DNA from: a virus
Lineage: Duplodnaviria; Caudoviricetes
Strand: one strand, 5' to 3'
DNA: 64,000 nucleotides
IMG/VR virus record: IMGVR_UViG_3300042946_000581
Coordinates: 34,691-98,690 of that record
Under the pieces are notes generated by a model. It ran no database searches. It was not told where the DNA came from and saw only the letters and a list, made by a program, of their open reading frames with translations. Positions 29,875 to 39,026 of the stretch are shown in pieces (position 1 is the first letter of the stretch; each line of letters opens with the position of its first letter). Both the position numbers and the translations under genes were made by a program.

Positions 29875-31089
29875 TTATTTTATTAATGATTTGTAAAAAG
29901 AAGCTCTTGTTTTTGTAACATTTCTTAAATCGTACTTGTCTTTAACACTCTCATACAATCTTTCCCCAAGGTCGGTAATTAAATTGGGATTATGAACTAA
30001 AGTCTTAATATATTTCGCCCAATCACTATGATTTCTATTCTCGTGAACTAATAGAGCATTACCATCTCCAAAAATACCATTTTTCATTGTGTGATTCAAG
30101 TCAATTGTATAAGGACCAACTTCAGAAGCAATTAAAGCTTTTTTATAAAACCCAGCCTCAATAACTTTCAATTGAGACTTTACCCTATTAAAGATATGAT
30201 TTTTAATTGGTGCCATTGAAATATCAAACTTGGAATAATTTGTTGCATAAGTATTAATGTGTTTTGTCCAAACACGTCTATAAGGTAATGTTGTTGGATT
30301 TGGATATTCTTCATCTTTAAATTGATTTAAAAAGTTTTTATAGCCTTCGTCAATAATTGAATATTTGTTTGTGAAAATTTCTTCATATCTAACCCATACA
30401 GTTTCTTCAGGTTTAATAGGTCTTTGTTTTCTTTCACCAGTTGTTTGATTTATTTCAGTCACCGAACCTCTAGTATCAAAACCACACAATACATATTGAA
30501 CTTTATCTTTCAAATTTGCATTTTTACCAACAAATCCCTCCAATAGTTTTAAGTCGTGAAGATGTGAAGAACCACCTAACCATCCAACTCTAACTCTCTC
30601 AGATTCTTCTGTTGGTTGATTAAATTGTGACTCAGTAGGATTAATCGCATTAGGTAATATCACAACATTCCTATTCAGTTTTCTTATTTCATCTGCAAAG
30701 ATATTTGTTGTTGTTGTAACATAACTTGCGACTTTTAAGTTCGCCATAATCTTCTCGTGTATCTTATCTTGAACAATCAATGAATGTATTGGGTGTTCTT
30801 TTCCAGGTAGCCAATAATCATCCAAATCTACAATAACAACAATACCAAGTGATTTTAAAAAATTAATTAATGTTGGTGTTTGTTCATAAGTGTGTCCAAT
30901 ATTTCTATGAATATGAACAATTTGATATTGTTTCCAATAATTAACATTATTAATCTGTGGTTGATAATCTATATCCACATGAAAGTCATCTGGATACATA
31001 TTTTGTAACATAACATGGGGATCTACAGAACGAAATTTTCCTACACCGGTTGTGTCACTTGGGAGTACAAGTACTTTTATTTTTGACAT
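29875..31089 (-). CDS. GT-B glycosyltransferase
   Basis: DLDDYW, VGWLGGSSH..D and FN..KS.LK.IEAG motifs. Confidence 0.8.
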   Translation of the reverse strand: MSKIKVLVLPSDTTGVGKFRSVDPHVMLQNMYPDDFHVDIDYQPQINNVNYWKQYQIVHIHRNIGHTYEQTPTLINFLKSLGIVVIVDLDDYWLPGKEHPIHSLIVQDKIHEKIMANLKVASYVTTTTNIFADEIRKLNRNVVILPNAINPTESQFNQPTEESERVRVGWLGGSSHLHDLKLLEGFVGKNANLKDKVQYVLCGFDTRGSVTEINQTTGERKQRPIKPEETVWVRYEEIFTNKYSIIDEGYKNFLNQFKDEEYPNPTTLPYRRVWTKHINTYATNYSKFDISMAPIKNHIFNRVKSQLKVIEAGFYKKALIASEVGPYTIDLNHTMKNGIFGDGNALLVHENRNHSDWAKYIKTLVHNPNLITDLGERLYESVKDKYDLRNVTKTRASFYKSLIK

Positions 31090-31110
31090 ATTTTATATTA
31101 TTTATCCCAA

Positions 31111-31139
31111 ATTATAACCATAACTTTTTATTAATTCAA
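31111..31139 (-). promoter_or_regulatory. sigma70-like promoter TTGAAT-N17-TATAAT
   Basis: -35 at 31139-31134 and -10 at 31116-31111, upstream of the GT-exonuclease-dUTPase operon. Confidence 0.5.
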
Positions 31140-31151
31140 TAGAATTGGAAT

Positions 31152-31197
31152 AAAAAAACGAAACCCCACACTTTGAATTTCTTCAGGGAATGTGGGG
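31152..31197 (-). terminator. long-stem intrinsic terminator
   Basis: CCCCACA-CTTTGAA-tttc-TTCAGGG-aa-TGTGGGG stem followed by a T-rich tract on the minus strand. Confidence 0.65.
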
Positions 31198-31222
31198 AAT
31201 AAGAATTTTAAATTTATAAAAT

Positions 31223-31831
31223 CTATTTGACTTTTTTGATACGAGTTACTTTACCTTCAAATATATGACTACCTACTCTAAATTGAAAGACATCATTTGA
31301 TTTACTTGTACTTTCAACTAATAAGCCATTTTCACCTAATACTTCTTCAATTGTTTCTCTAATCATATCTTTCAATGTATTCTTATCAACATTTAAACTA
31401 GTATTTTGAGGTGTTGTATATTCTTTAATTGGTTGTTTTTGTTTTTGGAATGGGTCAACATTATTAGCAACATCATTTTTCATTAACCTTGATGCTTTTT
31501 CAATTAAATCATTACTTAATACAGAAGAACCACCCATACTACTTGGTTGTGCAATTGGGTGTTCAATCATTAGACGTTTAATTTCATCAGGTAATTTTGA
31601 TGACATTATTCTATCTTTAGAATTAGTAAATTGTTGTGGTTGTTGAGCTACAGATGATTCCATCATAATATTTTGGGGAATATTATAACTTGCTTGTGGC
31701 GCTTGAAATTCTTGTAGTTGTGGTGTTGTTGGGTAGCTTTCATTGGCTTGTCCTCTTGGAGTGTTATTGTGAACATCCATTATTTTTTTGGAAATCATTA
31801 ATTTCCTCATTAAATCTTCTTCTGTTGGCAT
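31223..31831 (-). CDS. hypothetical Q/P-rich protein (possible head/scaffold-associated)
   Basis: 202-aa ORF with several [ILM]xE sites. Confidence 0.6.
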   Translation of the reverse strand: MPTEEDLMRKLMISKKIMDVHNNTPRGQANESYPTTPQLQEFQAPQASYNIPQNIMMESSVAQQPQQFTNSKDRIMSSKLPDEIKRLMIEHPIAQPSSMGGSSVLSNDLIEKASRLMKNDVANNVDPFQKQKQPIKEYTTPQNTSLNVDKNTLKDMIRETIEEVLGENGLLVESTSKSNDVFQFRVGSHIFEGKVTRIKKVK

Positions 31832-31834
31832 ATT

Positions 31835-32224
31835 TTATATTATATCAAATTTTGCGTTTATTATTACTCTATCCATACTTTTATCACCATTTGGATTATA
31901 GTTTGGTCTAGGTGTTTCAAATTTCTCTCCACTTGGTTTTAAGGATAATATTTTATCTAACCTAAACAATCTCCAACTTGGGAGAGGTCTTTTACCAATA
32001 TAATCTCTATGAGATGAACCTTCAATATCCCAAGCTCTTAAAACTGGATTACCCGCTTTACTATAACCAAAACAAACTGGTTCTATTTCACGCAATCCAC
32101 GACCTCCAGGTTCATCACCATTATAGTAAATGATAATTTTATTTTTCTTTTTGATGGCATCAATGACACTATCAATTGACGCCATTTCTAAGATAAGAGA
32201 TTTAGTAATGTTGTAAAGTTTCAT
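31835..32224 (-). CDS. stand-alone WYL-domain protein
   Basis: R.IEP..+G......LRAW...WRLFRLDKI is the WYL signature; leader ends LILE. Confidence 0.8.
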   Translation of the reverse strand: MKLYNITKSLILEMASIDSVIDAIKKKNKIIIYYNGDEPGGRGLREIEPVCFGYSKAGNPVLRAWDIEGSSHRDYIGKRPLPSWRLFRLDKILSLKPSGEKFETPRPNYNPNGDKSMDRVIINAKFDII

Positions 32225-32517
32225 TACGCACTTGGTGTTGTATAAGGTTTGTCTGGTTGATATTCATTGATAACTTTTTGAGTACGTCTTTCAACAATAT
32301 CTTGTATTGCCCCGGCCGCTTGGTTATAAACGTCCAAAAAATCTCCAGTTCCTTTACCTTGTTGGTCACCATCAGCAATTGCGTTAGGGTTTACGGAAGA
32401 ATATTCAAATGTTTTCCCATAATCATTTTTAGGTAAAAGTTTTCTTCTTTCAATATCGGCAATTGAAGATAGGTCATTACTTGGTTGTTCAAAATTTAAT
32501 GGTTCTGTTACTGGCAT
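32224..32517 (-). CDS. hypothetical protein
   Basis: 97-aa ORF, translationally coupled to the next gene. Confidence 0.6.
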   Translation of the reverse strand: MPVTEPLNFEQPSNDLSSIADIERRKLLPKNDYGKTFEYSSVNPNAIADGDQQGKGTGDFLDVYNQAAGAIQDIVERRTQKVINEYQPDKPYTTPSA

Positions 32518-32518
32518 A

Positions 32519-32992
32519 TTAAATTATTGTTTTAATTATTTCATTTATTCTTTTTAGACTTTCGGTTACTTCTAAATTATATGTCGCCAATGTATTTTTA
32601 TGTTGTTGGCTTGGCCTATTATCATAACTTAAGTTTTGATTTTTTTGATGGGTTTGAATATATTGATTTGGGAGAACAGTGGATTTAATATCTTTTGACA
32701 TATCAACATTGTCCCTCATTGATGTTAATGTATTATTAACCCAAGTTTTAACATAGTCCGCTCCATTCAATATAAAAGGCATATCAGTTTTATCTCCAGT
32801 GTAATTATCAAAGAAGTTTTTCATTCTTTTTAATTGTTGATAAGTCACAAATCCAGAATCTCTTAATTCTTTATTTCTTCTATATCCTTCAGTTTTATCG
32901 TTGGCGTTGGGGATAGAATCATTGCATTGTTTTAAATAAAAAACAATTTGTTCAGGTAACTCAATTTTATCTCCGTACAAATCCTTATTCAT
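32519..32992 (-). CDS. hypothetical protein
   Basis: 157-aa ORF; C-terminal VTESLKRINEII motif. Confidence 0.6.
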   Translation of the reverse strand: MNKDLYGDKIELPEQIVFYLKQCNDSIPNANDKTEGYRRNKELRDSGFVTYQQLKRMKNFFDNYTGDKTDMPFILNGADYVKTWVNNTLTSMRDNVDMSKDIKSTVLPNQYIQTHQKNQNLSYDNRPSQQHKNTLATYNLEVTESLKRINEIIKTII

Positions 32993-33833
32993 TTTTCTTT
33001 AAAATATTAATTAATTTATTAATACTTATTCCTTCTTTCTTTGCTAAATTTTTTATTGCTTCTAAGTTCTTGTTTATAATTTTACTCAATCCACTAGCAT
33101 CACTATCTTTTTCCATAATATCGTGATTATTGCCTTTTTTAGTTAAAATGTCCTCAACCATTTTAATCATTTTTTGTTTTCTAATTTCATCTAATTTTTC
33201 TTTTTCTACTAGTCTTTGTTTTAGAACTTTTTTCCCATCTTTTGACCTATGAACTTTTTGTCCCATTAATTTTCCTAATTGTTTAGTTCTATTTAATCTT
33301 TCTTCAGGGTCATCAATTCCTAATTTTTTTAAGGTTTTCATTGTGTTATTGAAGTCCATAAATTCAGTATCATCGTAAGCAAAAGCATCTTTCATATTGA
33401 TTTCATTTACATTGTCGTTCTCTTCATTTTCACCATAAAGTCTACGTCCACCACCATACGCAAATGTAAGTCCTGGTACTCTGGTACTATCAATTGTTTG
33501 ATCCATTGTTTTCTTTGGATGCGTCCACATATTATATATTGGTGTTTTTGACGTTAAAAATGTACCATCAGAGTCAACATATTCATCAAGTTCAACTGAG
33601 TCTAAATCTTTCTCAATTTCTTTTTTTGATGCTTTGTTTTTTAAATTAATATGTTTACCAATTATATTTTTTATTTTGGTGTAACTTTTTTTATTAAATT
33701 TTCTTTTCCCCTCATTTTTCTTTGATTCTGATATTGTACCATAAACAGAATAACTTAACACAAAGTCATTCCCATTACTCTCCAAAAGAAAATAACAATA
33801 ATCATTAAAGTATTCTTTTTTATAATTGTTCAT
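32985..33833 (-). CDS. hypothetical Lys-rich protein
   Basis: 282-aa ORF preceded by a late motif. Confidence 0.6.
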   Translation of the reverse strand: MNNYKKEYFNDYCYFLLESNGNDFVLSYSVYGTISESKKNEGKRKFNKKSYTKIKNIIGKHINLKNKASKKEIEKDLDSVELDEYVDSDGTFLTSKTPIYNMWTHPKKTMDQTIDSTRVPGLTFAYGGGRRLYGENEENDNVNEINMKDAFAYDDTEFMDFNNTMKTLKKLGIDDPEERLNRTKQLGKLMGQKVHRSKDGKKVLKQRLVEKEKLDEIRKQKMIKMVEDILTKKGNNHDIMEKDSDASGLSKIINKNLEAIKNLAKKEGISINKLINILKKNE

Positions 33834-33848
33834 TAATAATTTTTCTTA

Positions 33849-33875
33849 ATAAATACTTCGGTTTAGAGTATTTAT
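33849..33875. promoter_or_regulatory. divergent back-to-back putative late promoters
   Basis: ATAAATACT-N9-AGTATTTAT, giving GTATTTAT on each coding strand. Confidence 0.55.
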
Positions 33876-33887
33876 CATAAAAAAAGA

Positions 33888-36086
33888 ATGTCCTATCAAA
33901 ATATAAGACAATTTGTACCAAGAAATGATTTTCCAATATTATCATTGGAAATATTCGATATGTCATTGACTTCAGATGAAATTGATTTCAATCAAGAGGT
34001 TGTGTTTTCCCCATATTTAATTGCTCAAACGTATGGTAATAAGTTACCATTTTACTTTGATATCAATAATAATGAGTCGGTTCAAAATTTGAATTTAACC
34101 TATAAAAACTATAATAGGAATAATATTTTTGTGTCTCAAAATTATTATAATCCAAAAGAATTGGATTTAACTTGTTTTTCATCATCAACATCTTGTGACA
34201 TAGGTTTAACAGGAATTGATAATGGATTGGTTACTGGTATGACAGGACAAACAATTTTATTTACAAATGGATTGTTACCAACCTTATTAAAATTTGACAG
34301 ATTAAGTTTTGATAGACGATTGAAATTATTTCAAGTTACGGGTAATACGACAACACAAAGTAGATTTTCAGGGTTTAATAAAACCGTTTTATATGAAGTT
34401 GTAAGTAAGACTAGTCCTTTTGAAGGTAGATATCACGAACTATATGGTGGATTTTACCAAGGGTTCTATAAGTTATTTGGATATGATTATGAAATTTTCC
34501 CTGAAAGGATGAATAAAGGTTGGTCAGTTGAAATGGTTTTAAAACCAAGATTGATTAATGAATACAACCCAAATAGTGGGGAGACTACCTTAAATCAAAT
34601 CTATCCCAATAATAAAAATATGTTCTTTTACATTGGTACTAGAGCGGAGAATAAATTTTATCATTACGCTGATGGTAGTCCAAATTGTTTTACTGGTTAT
34701 ACTAGAATTACATCAGGATTGACTGGGTTATCAACTTGTGCTTGTTGTGATGAAAACATTAAAAGTAGATGTATCTTTGTATATCCACCACGTTCAGTAA
34801 ATGGTATACACGACCCACATCTTAATTATGGTTGTAATAAGTGTGGAGGTAATAAAGAAACACAGATAACTTGTGGTTGTGGTTGCAATGATTTACCTTG
34901 TCAGAATTGTGGTTGGGAATGTAAAACACATACTTGTGGTACAATAATTCCATTAACTCCAACCCCAACACCTACTCCATCACCAACTCTAGTTTGTGAC
35001 CCATTCCCACCTCAAACTACTTGTACACCAACTTGCACGAATTGTAATGATTGTACAAGTTGTGATGATTGTGCGACAAGTGGGTTTACATCAATTGAAG
35101 ATACTTGTGAGAAGAATCCATTATTGGATACGATGAGTAATGCTTTGGGTATCAAATTATGTGGTGACCCTAAAAATCCTGGTATTGGTATTAGATTTTT
35201 AAAATTTACTGGTGGTTGTGAAATGACCGGAACTTGTACGACAAGGATGACTTATGAGACAGGTTATACGATAACTGAAATATGCACACCACCAATTTAT
35301 CCTGATTGTGAAAAAATAAATCCAGCTTGGTTAGAAGAAGAGCATTGGTTTCAAGTTAATATTGTTTGGGAACGATATGAATTTTTTAAAGATTGTGATT
35401 TATCTTTTAAAGGTGGATTGGGTGAAATAACTGAAAGAAAATATTTGGAATCTTTGGCGAATAATACAACATCGTTGATTGCCCCACCATATACAAGAGA
35501 CAAAGTTGGTTTACAAGTTGATATTATCAATTTGAATGAGATATGGTTACAAGAAGAGAAATATAGAAAGGGTAGATTAAAGATTTATATCAATGGTAAA
35601 ATATTTTATACGATTGAAGATTTTGAAGAGATTATACCTAGAGGATTAAACACTGATAAAGAAAAACAAGTTGGTGTTCCTTTTAATATTTCTTGGGGTG
35701 GTGGTACTCAAGGGTTAAGAGAAAATTTAACCTTTACTGATATGTTAGGAACTGGTTATACTCAAGACCCAGAATGTTTCCCAACTAATGATTTGAGTGG
35801 CACTACTTTAAGTGGATTAAATACAAACATATTAATCGAACAAAATTTTGCTGGAACATTTGAGGGTGGTATATCTCAATTTAGAATGTATGTTGAACCA
35901 TTAACAGCACCAGAGGTTAAACATAATTTTATTTTATTAAAAAATACATTTAGGATGTTTAATCCTGATTGTCCTGATTGTACAACAATACCTTGTGAAG
36001 TTAATGACTTCCAATTTGTTATTGTTGACCATACAACAACCACAACAACATTTAACCCAACAACAACCACAACAACATTTCTTTAA
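33888..36086 (+). CDS. virion protein with a LamG/ConA-like beta-sandwich, Cys-rich insert, PT repeat and poly-Thr tail
   Basis: W++E+VLKP...HWFQV...LKIYING...F.GGISQFRMY..PL...EV pattern; C-terminus HTTTTTTFNPTTTTTTFL. Confidence 0.6.
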   Translation: MSYQNIRQFVPRNDFPILSLEIFDMSLTSDEIDFNQEVVFSPYLIAQTYGNKLPFYFDINNNESVQNLNLTYKNYNRNNIFVSQNYYNPKELDLTCFSSSTSCDIGLTGIDNGLVTGMTGQTILFTNGLLPTLLKFDRLSFDRRLKLFQVTGNTTTQSRFSGFNKTVLYEVVSKTSPFEGRYHELYGGFYQGFYKLFGYDYEIFPERMNKGWSVEMVLKPRLINEYNPNSGETTLNQIYPNNKNMFFYIGTRAENKFYHYADGSPNCFTGYTRITSGLTGLSTCACCDENIKSRCIFVYPPRSVNGIHDPHLNYGCNKCGGNKETQITCGCGCNDLPCQNCGWECKTHTCGTIIPLTPTPTPTPSPTLVCDPFPPQTTCTPTCTNCNDCTSCDDCATSGFTSIEDTCEKNPLLDTMSNALGIKLCGDPKNPGIGIRFLKFTGGCEMTGTCTTRMTYETGYTITEICTPPIYPDCEKINPAWLEEEHWFQVNIVWERYEFFKDCDLSFKGGLGEITERKYLESLANNTTSLIAPPYTRDKVGLQVDIINLNEIWLQEEKYRKGRLKIYINGKIFYTIEDFEEIIPRGLNTDKEKQVGVPFNISWGGGTQGLRENLTFTDMLGTGYTQDPECFPTNDLSGTTLSGLNTNILIEQNFAGTFEGGISQFRMYVEPLTAPEVKHNFILLKNTFRMFNPDCPDCTTIPCEVNDFQFVIVDHTTTTTTFNPTTTTTTFL
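36033..36080 (+). repeat. 21-bp direct repeat encoding poly-Thr
   Basis: ACAACAACCACAACAACATTT at 36033-36053 and 36060-36080. Confidence 0.8.
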
Positions 36087-36131
36087 TAAAAAAATCAAAT
36101 GATATAATTATAGGATAGTAATTAATGATAA

Positions 36132-36938
36132 ATGAGTCAAACAATAATAATAAGTAGTATCAATTATGATGGCGAATTAGCTAGTGTTATATTCACACCA
36201 CAAGGTAGTGAAAGTGTAATTAATTTGGGAAATGTTACATTACCTTTTACATTCCAAGCGGGGTTATTAACACCCCCTCAAGATGTTTATGGTACTTATA
36301 CAATATTAGTTGAGAATGGTAATTGTCCAAACATATTAAATGTTCCAAGACCAACTCCAACTCCAACCCCAACTATTACACCAACAAGAACGGTTACCCC
36401 AACTCCTACAGTTACACCAACACCTACTTCAACGTTAGACCCTTGTAGAATTACTCAAACACCTACAAATACTCCAAGTAATACACCAACAAGGACTCCA
36501 ACAAGAACTCCTACGGCAACACCAACAAGTACTTGTCCAGGTCCTTCACCTACAAATACTCCGACACCAACAACAACTCCAACCCCAACACCTTCAAGAA
36601 CTCCTGAAGAGTCTAAGATTTATTGGGGTAAATTTAGTGGAGGAACTATAACAAGCGGTGACACAAATTTATTATCAAGTGGTTATACTTCTAATCCAAC
36701 AAATACTTATAGAAGTATTCCGAGTGGTTTCGCTTATGGTTATATTCTAATACCAACTGGTTTAACACAACCATCAGAATTTAGAAATAGTAATGTAGGT
36801 TGTTCAGGTAGTAATATACCATTTAACAATATAGGTACGATAATCATAGTTGACGCTAACGGATTTAGCATAACATATAACATTTACAGGACTTTCTTCC
36901 AAATCACTGATGGTTTTGATGTATGGTTATGTAGTTAA
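36132..36938 (+). CDS. mucin-like PT-repeat virion protein
   Basis: Central tract of about 85 aa of (PT)n/TPTR repeats. Confidence 0.7.
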   Translation: MSQTIIISSINYDGELASVIFTPQGSESVINLGNVTLPFTFQAGLLTPPQDVYGTYTILVENGNCPNILNVPRPTPTPTPTITPTRTVTPTPTVTPTPTSTLDPCRITQTPTNTPSNTPTRTPTRTPTATPTSTCPGPSPTNTPTPTTTPTPTPSRTPEESKIYWGKFSGGTITSGDTNLLSSGYTSNPTNTYRSIPSGFAYGYILIPTGLTQPSEFRNSNVGCSGSNIPFNNIGTIIIVDANGFSITYNIYRTFFQITDGFDVWLCS

Positions 36939-36950
36939 AATAAAATAATA

Positions 36951-39026
36951 ATGGGTTCTTTTAGTTTATCAGGTGGTGTTGAAGTTTTTGGTTTTATTTC
37001 TCCAAGTAATACCACAGACCAATATCCAGTTATTGACCCCTTATATGGTATTGATGGTTTAAGAAACGTTAATACTTTAAGTGACTTAAATTTAATTCCA
37101 ACACTTAGAAGAAGGGCTGGTATGCTTGTGGGGGTGAGTGGTGGAACTACTTTTTATAAATTAAATTTACCCCCTTGGAATAGTACACTATCGGATTGGA
37201 GTATATTCAATTCTGGAGGAGGTATTAGTGGTGATTATTTACCATTATCAGGTGGCACTGTTACTGGTGCTACAATTTTTACTAATGGTGTTACGGCTAA
37301 TACTATTTCTGCTTCAACATATCTTAATTTACCTATTGATGTATTTGTTACTGGGGGAACTTATGATAATGCAACTGGCACTGCAACATTTACAAATAAT
37401 ACTGGTGGAACATTTAATGTCAGTGGTTTATTCACAGGGGCCACAGATGTTTATGTAACTGGTGGAACTTATAATGATAACACTTTTACATTTACAAATG
37501 TAACTGGTGGAACATTTTCTGTCTCATTTAATTCTGTAAGTGGATTAACAATTAATGGAGATTTAAATGTTACTGGAAGTACAATTGTGGATGGATTAAC
37601 TGCAACAACTATATCGGCAACAACATATCAAAATCTACCTATTGACCCTGATACATATATCACCGCATTCACATATAATAACAATTTATTAACGATTGAT
37701 GATAATTCAGGGAATACATTTAATGTAATAATTAATGATTTCACTGGGTTAACAATTAATGGTGATTTAAATGTTATGGGTAATACAATAGTTGATGGTA
37801 TTAGTGCGAACACAATATCAGCAACAACATACCAAAATCTACCTATTGATGTATTTGTAACTGGTGGTACATTTAGTGGTGGAGTAATAACTCTTATCAA
37901 TAATACTGGTGGTACATTTAGTGTATCAGGTATATCATCATTTGATACATTTGTTACAGGATTTTCTTATTCAGATAATACATTCACAATATCTCAGAAT
38001 AGTGGTACAACTTTTAGTGCGACAATTGATAGTGTCACTGGATTAACGGTTAATGGAAATTTGGACGTAATAGGTACTACAAGTAGTGGAACTATATCAG
38101 CAACAACATACCAAAACTTACCTACGGATATTAGAGTCACAGGTGGTACATATAGTAATGGAACTGCAACATTTACAAATAATACTGGTGGAACGTTTAA
38201 TGTGGTTGGACTTTACACAGGAGGTACTGATGTTTTTGTAACTGGTGCTACGTATTCTAATAATACTTTCACATATACAAATAACACAGGTGGTACTTTT
38301 TCGACATCATTTAACACATTAACTGGATTAACCATCAATGGTAATTTATCTGTAACAGGAACGACATCGTCAGGTACTATATCCGCAACAACTTACCAAA
38401 ATTTACCAACAGATATTCGTGTAACTGGTGGAACATATAGTAATGGTTCTGTAACATTTACAAACAATATAGGTGGAACTTTTTCTGTAACGGGATTTGT
38501 GACTGGTGATACATTTACAACAGGATTTTCATATAGTAATAATACATTTACAATTAATAGAAATAATGGACAAGCCAATTTAACTGCTACAATAAATAGT
38601 GTTACGGGTTTAACATCAACTGGAACTATATCATCATCAGTATTATCCGCAGCAACTTATCAAAATTCACCTATTGAAATTCAAGCGGCCTGTTCTGATG
38701 AAACAACCGCAATAACCGCAGGTGTAGGTAAAGTAACTTTTAGAGCACCTTGTGCATTTACATTAACTAATGTTAGAGCATCTCTAACAACTGCTCAAAC
38801 ATCTGGAAATATATTTACAATAGATATTAATTTGGGCGGTACGTCAGTTTTATCAACTAAATTGACAATAGATAATACAGAAAGAACTTCAGTTACTGCT
38901 GTTACTCCACCAATAATAAGTACTTCAACAATAACTGATGATGGTGAAATAAGTGTGGATGTAGACCAAATTGGTGATGGGACTGCCAAAGGACTAAAAA
39001 TTACAATGATAGGAACAAGAGTATGA
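36951..39026 (+). CDS. tail-fibre-like repeat protein
   Basis: Repeated TISATTYQNLP.D..VTGGTY.N...TFTNNTGGTF and GLTING.L.V.G modules. Confidence 0.7.
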   Translation: MGSFSLSGGVEVFGFISPSNTTDQYPVIDPLYGIDGLRNVNTLSDLNLIPTLRRRAGMLVGVSGGTTFYKLNLPPWNSTLSDWSIFNSGGGISGDYLPLSGGTVTGATIFTNGVTANTISASTYLNLPIDVFVTGGTYDNATGTATFTNNTGGTFNVSGLFTGATDVYVTGGTYNDNTFTFTNVTGGTFSVSFNSVSGLTINGDLNVTGSTIVDGLTATTISATTYQNLPIDPDTYITAFTYNNNLLTIDDNSGNTFNVIINDFTGLTINGDLNVMGNTIVDGISANTISATTYQNLPIDVFVTGGTFSGGVITLINNTGGTFSVSGISSFDTFVTGFSYSDNTFTISQNSGTTFSATIDSVTGLTVNGNLDVIGTTSSGTISATTYQNLPTDIRVTGGTYSNGTATFTNNTGGTFNVVGLYTGGTDVFVTGATYSNNTFTYTNNTGGTFSTSFNTLTGLTINGNLSVTGTTSSGTISATTYQNLPTDIRVTGGTYSNGSVTFTNNIGGTFSVTGFVTGDTFTTGFSYSNNTFTINRNNGQANLTATINSVTGLTSTGTISSSVLSAATYQNSPIEIQAACSDETTAITAGVGKVTFRAPCAFTLTNVRASLTTAQTSGNIFTIDINLGGTSVLSTKLTIDNTERTSVTAVTPPIISTSTITDDGEISVDVDQIGDGTAKGLKITMIGTRV

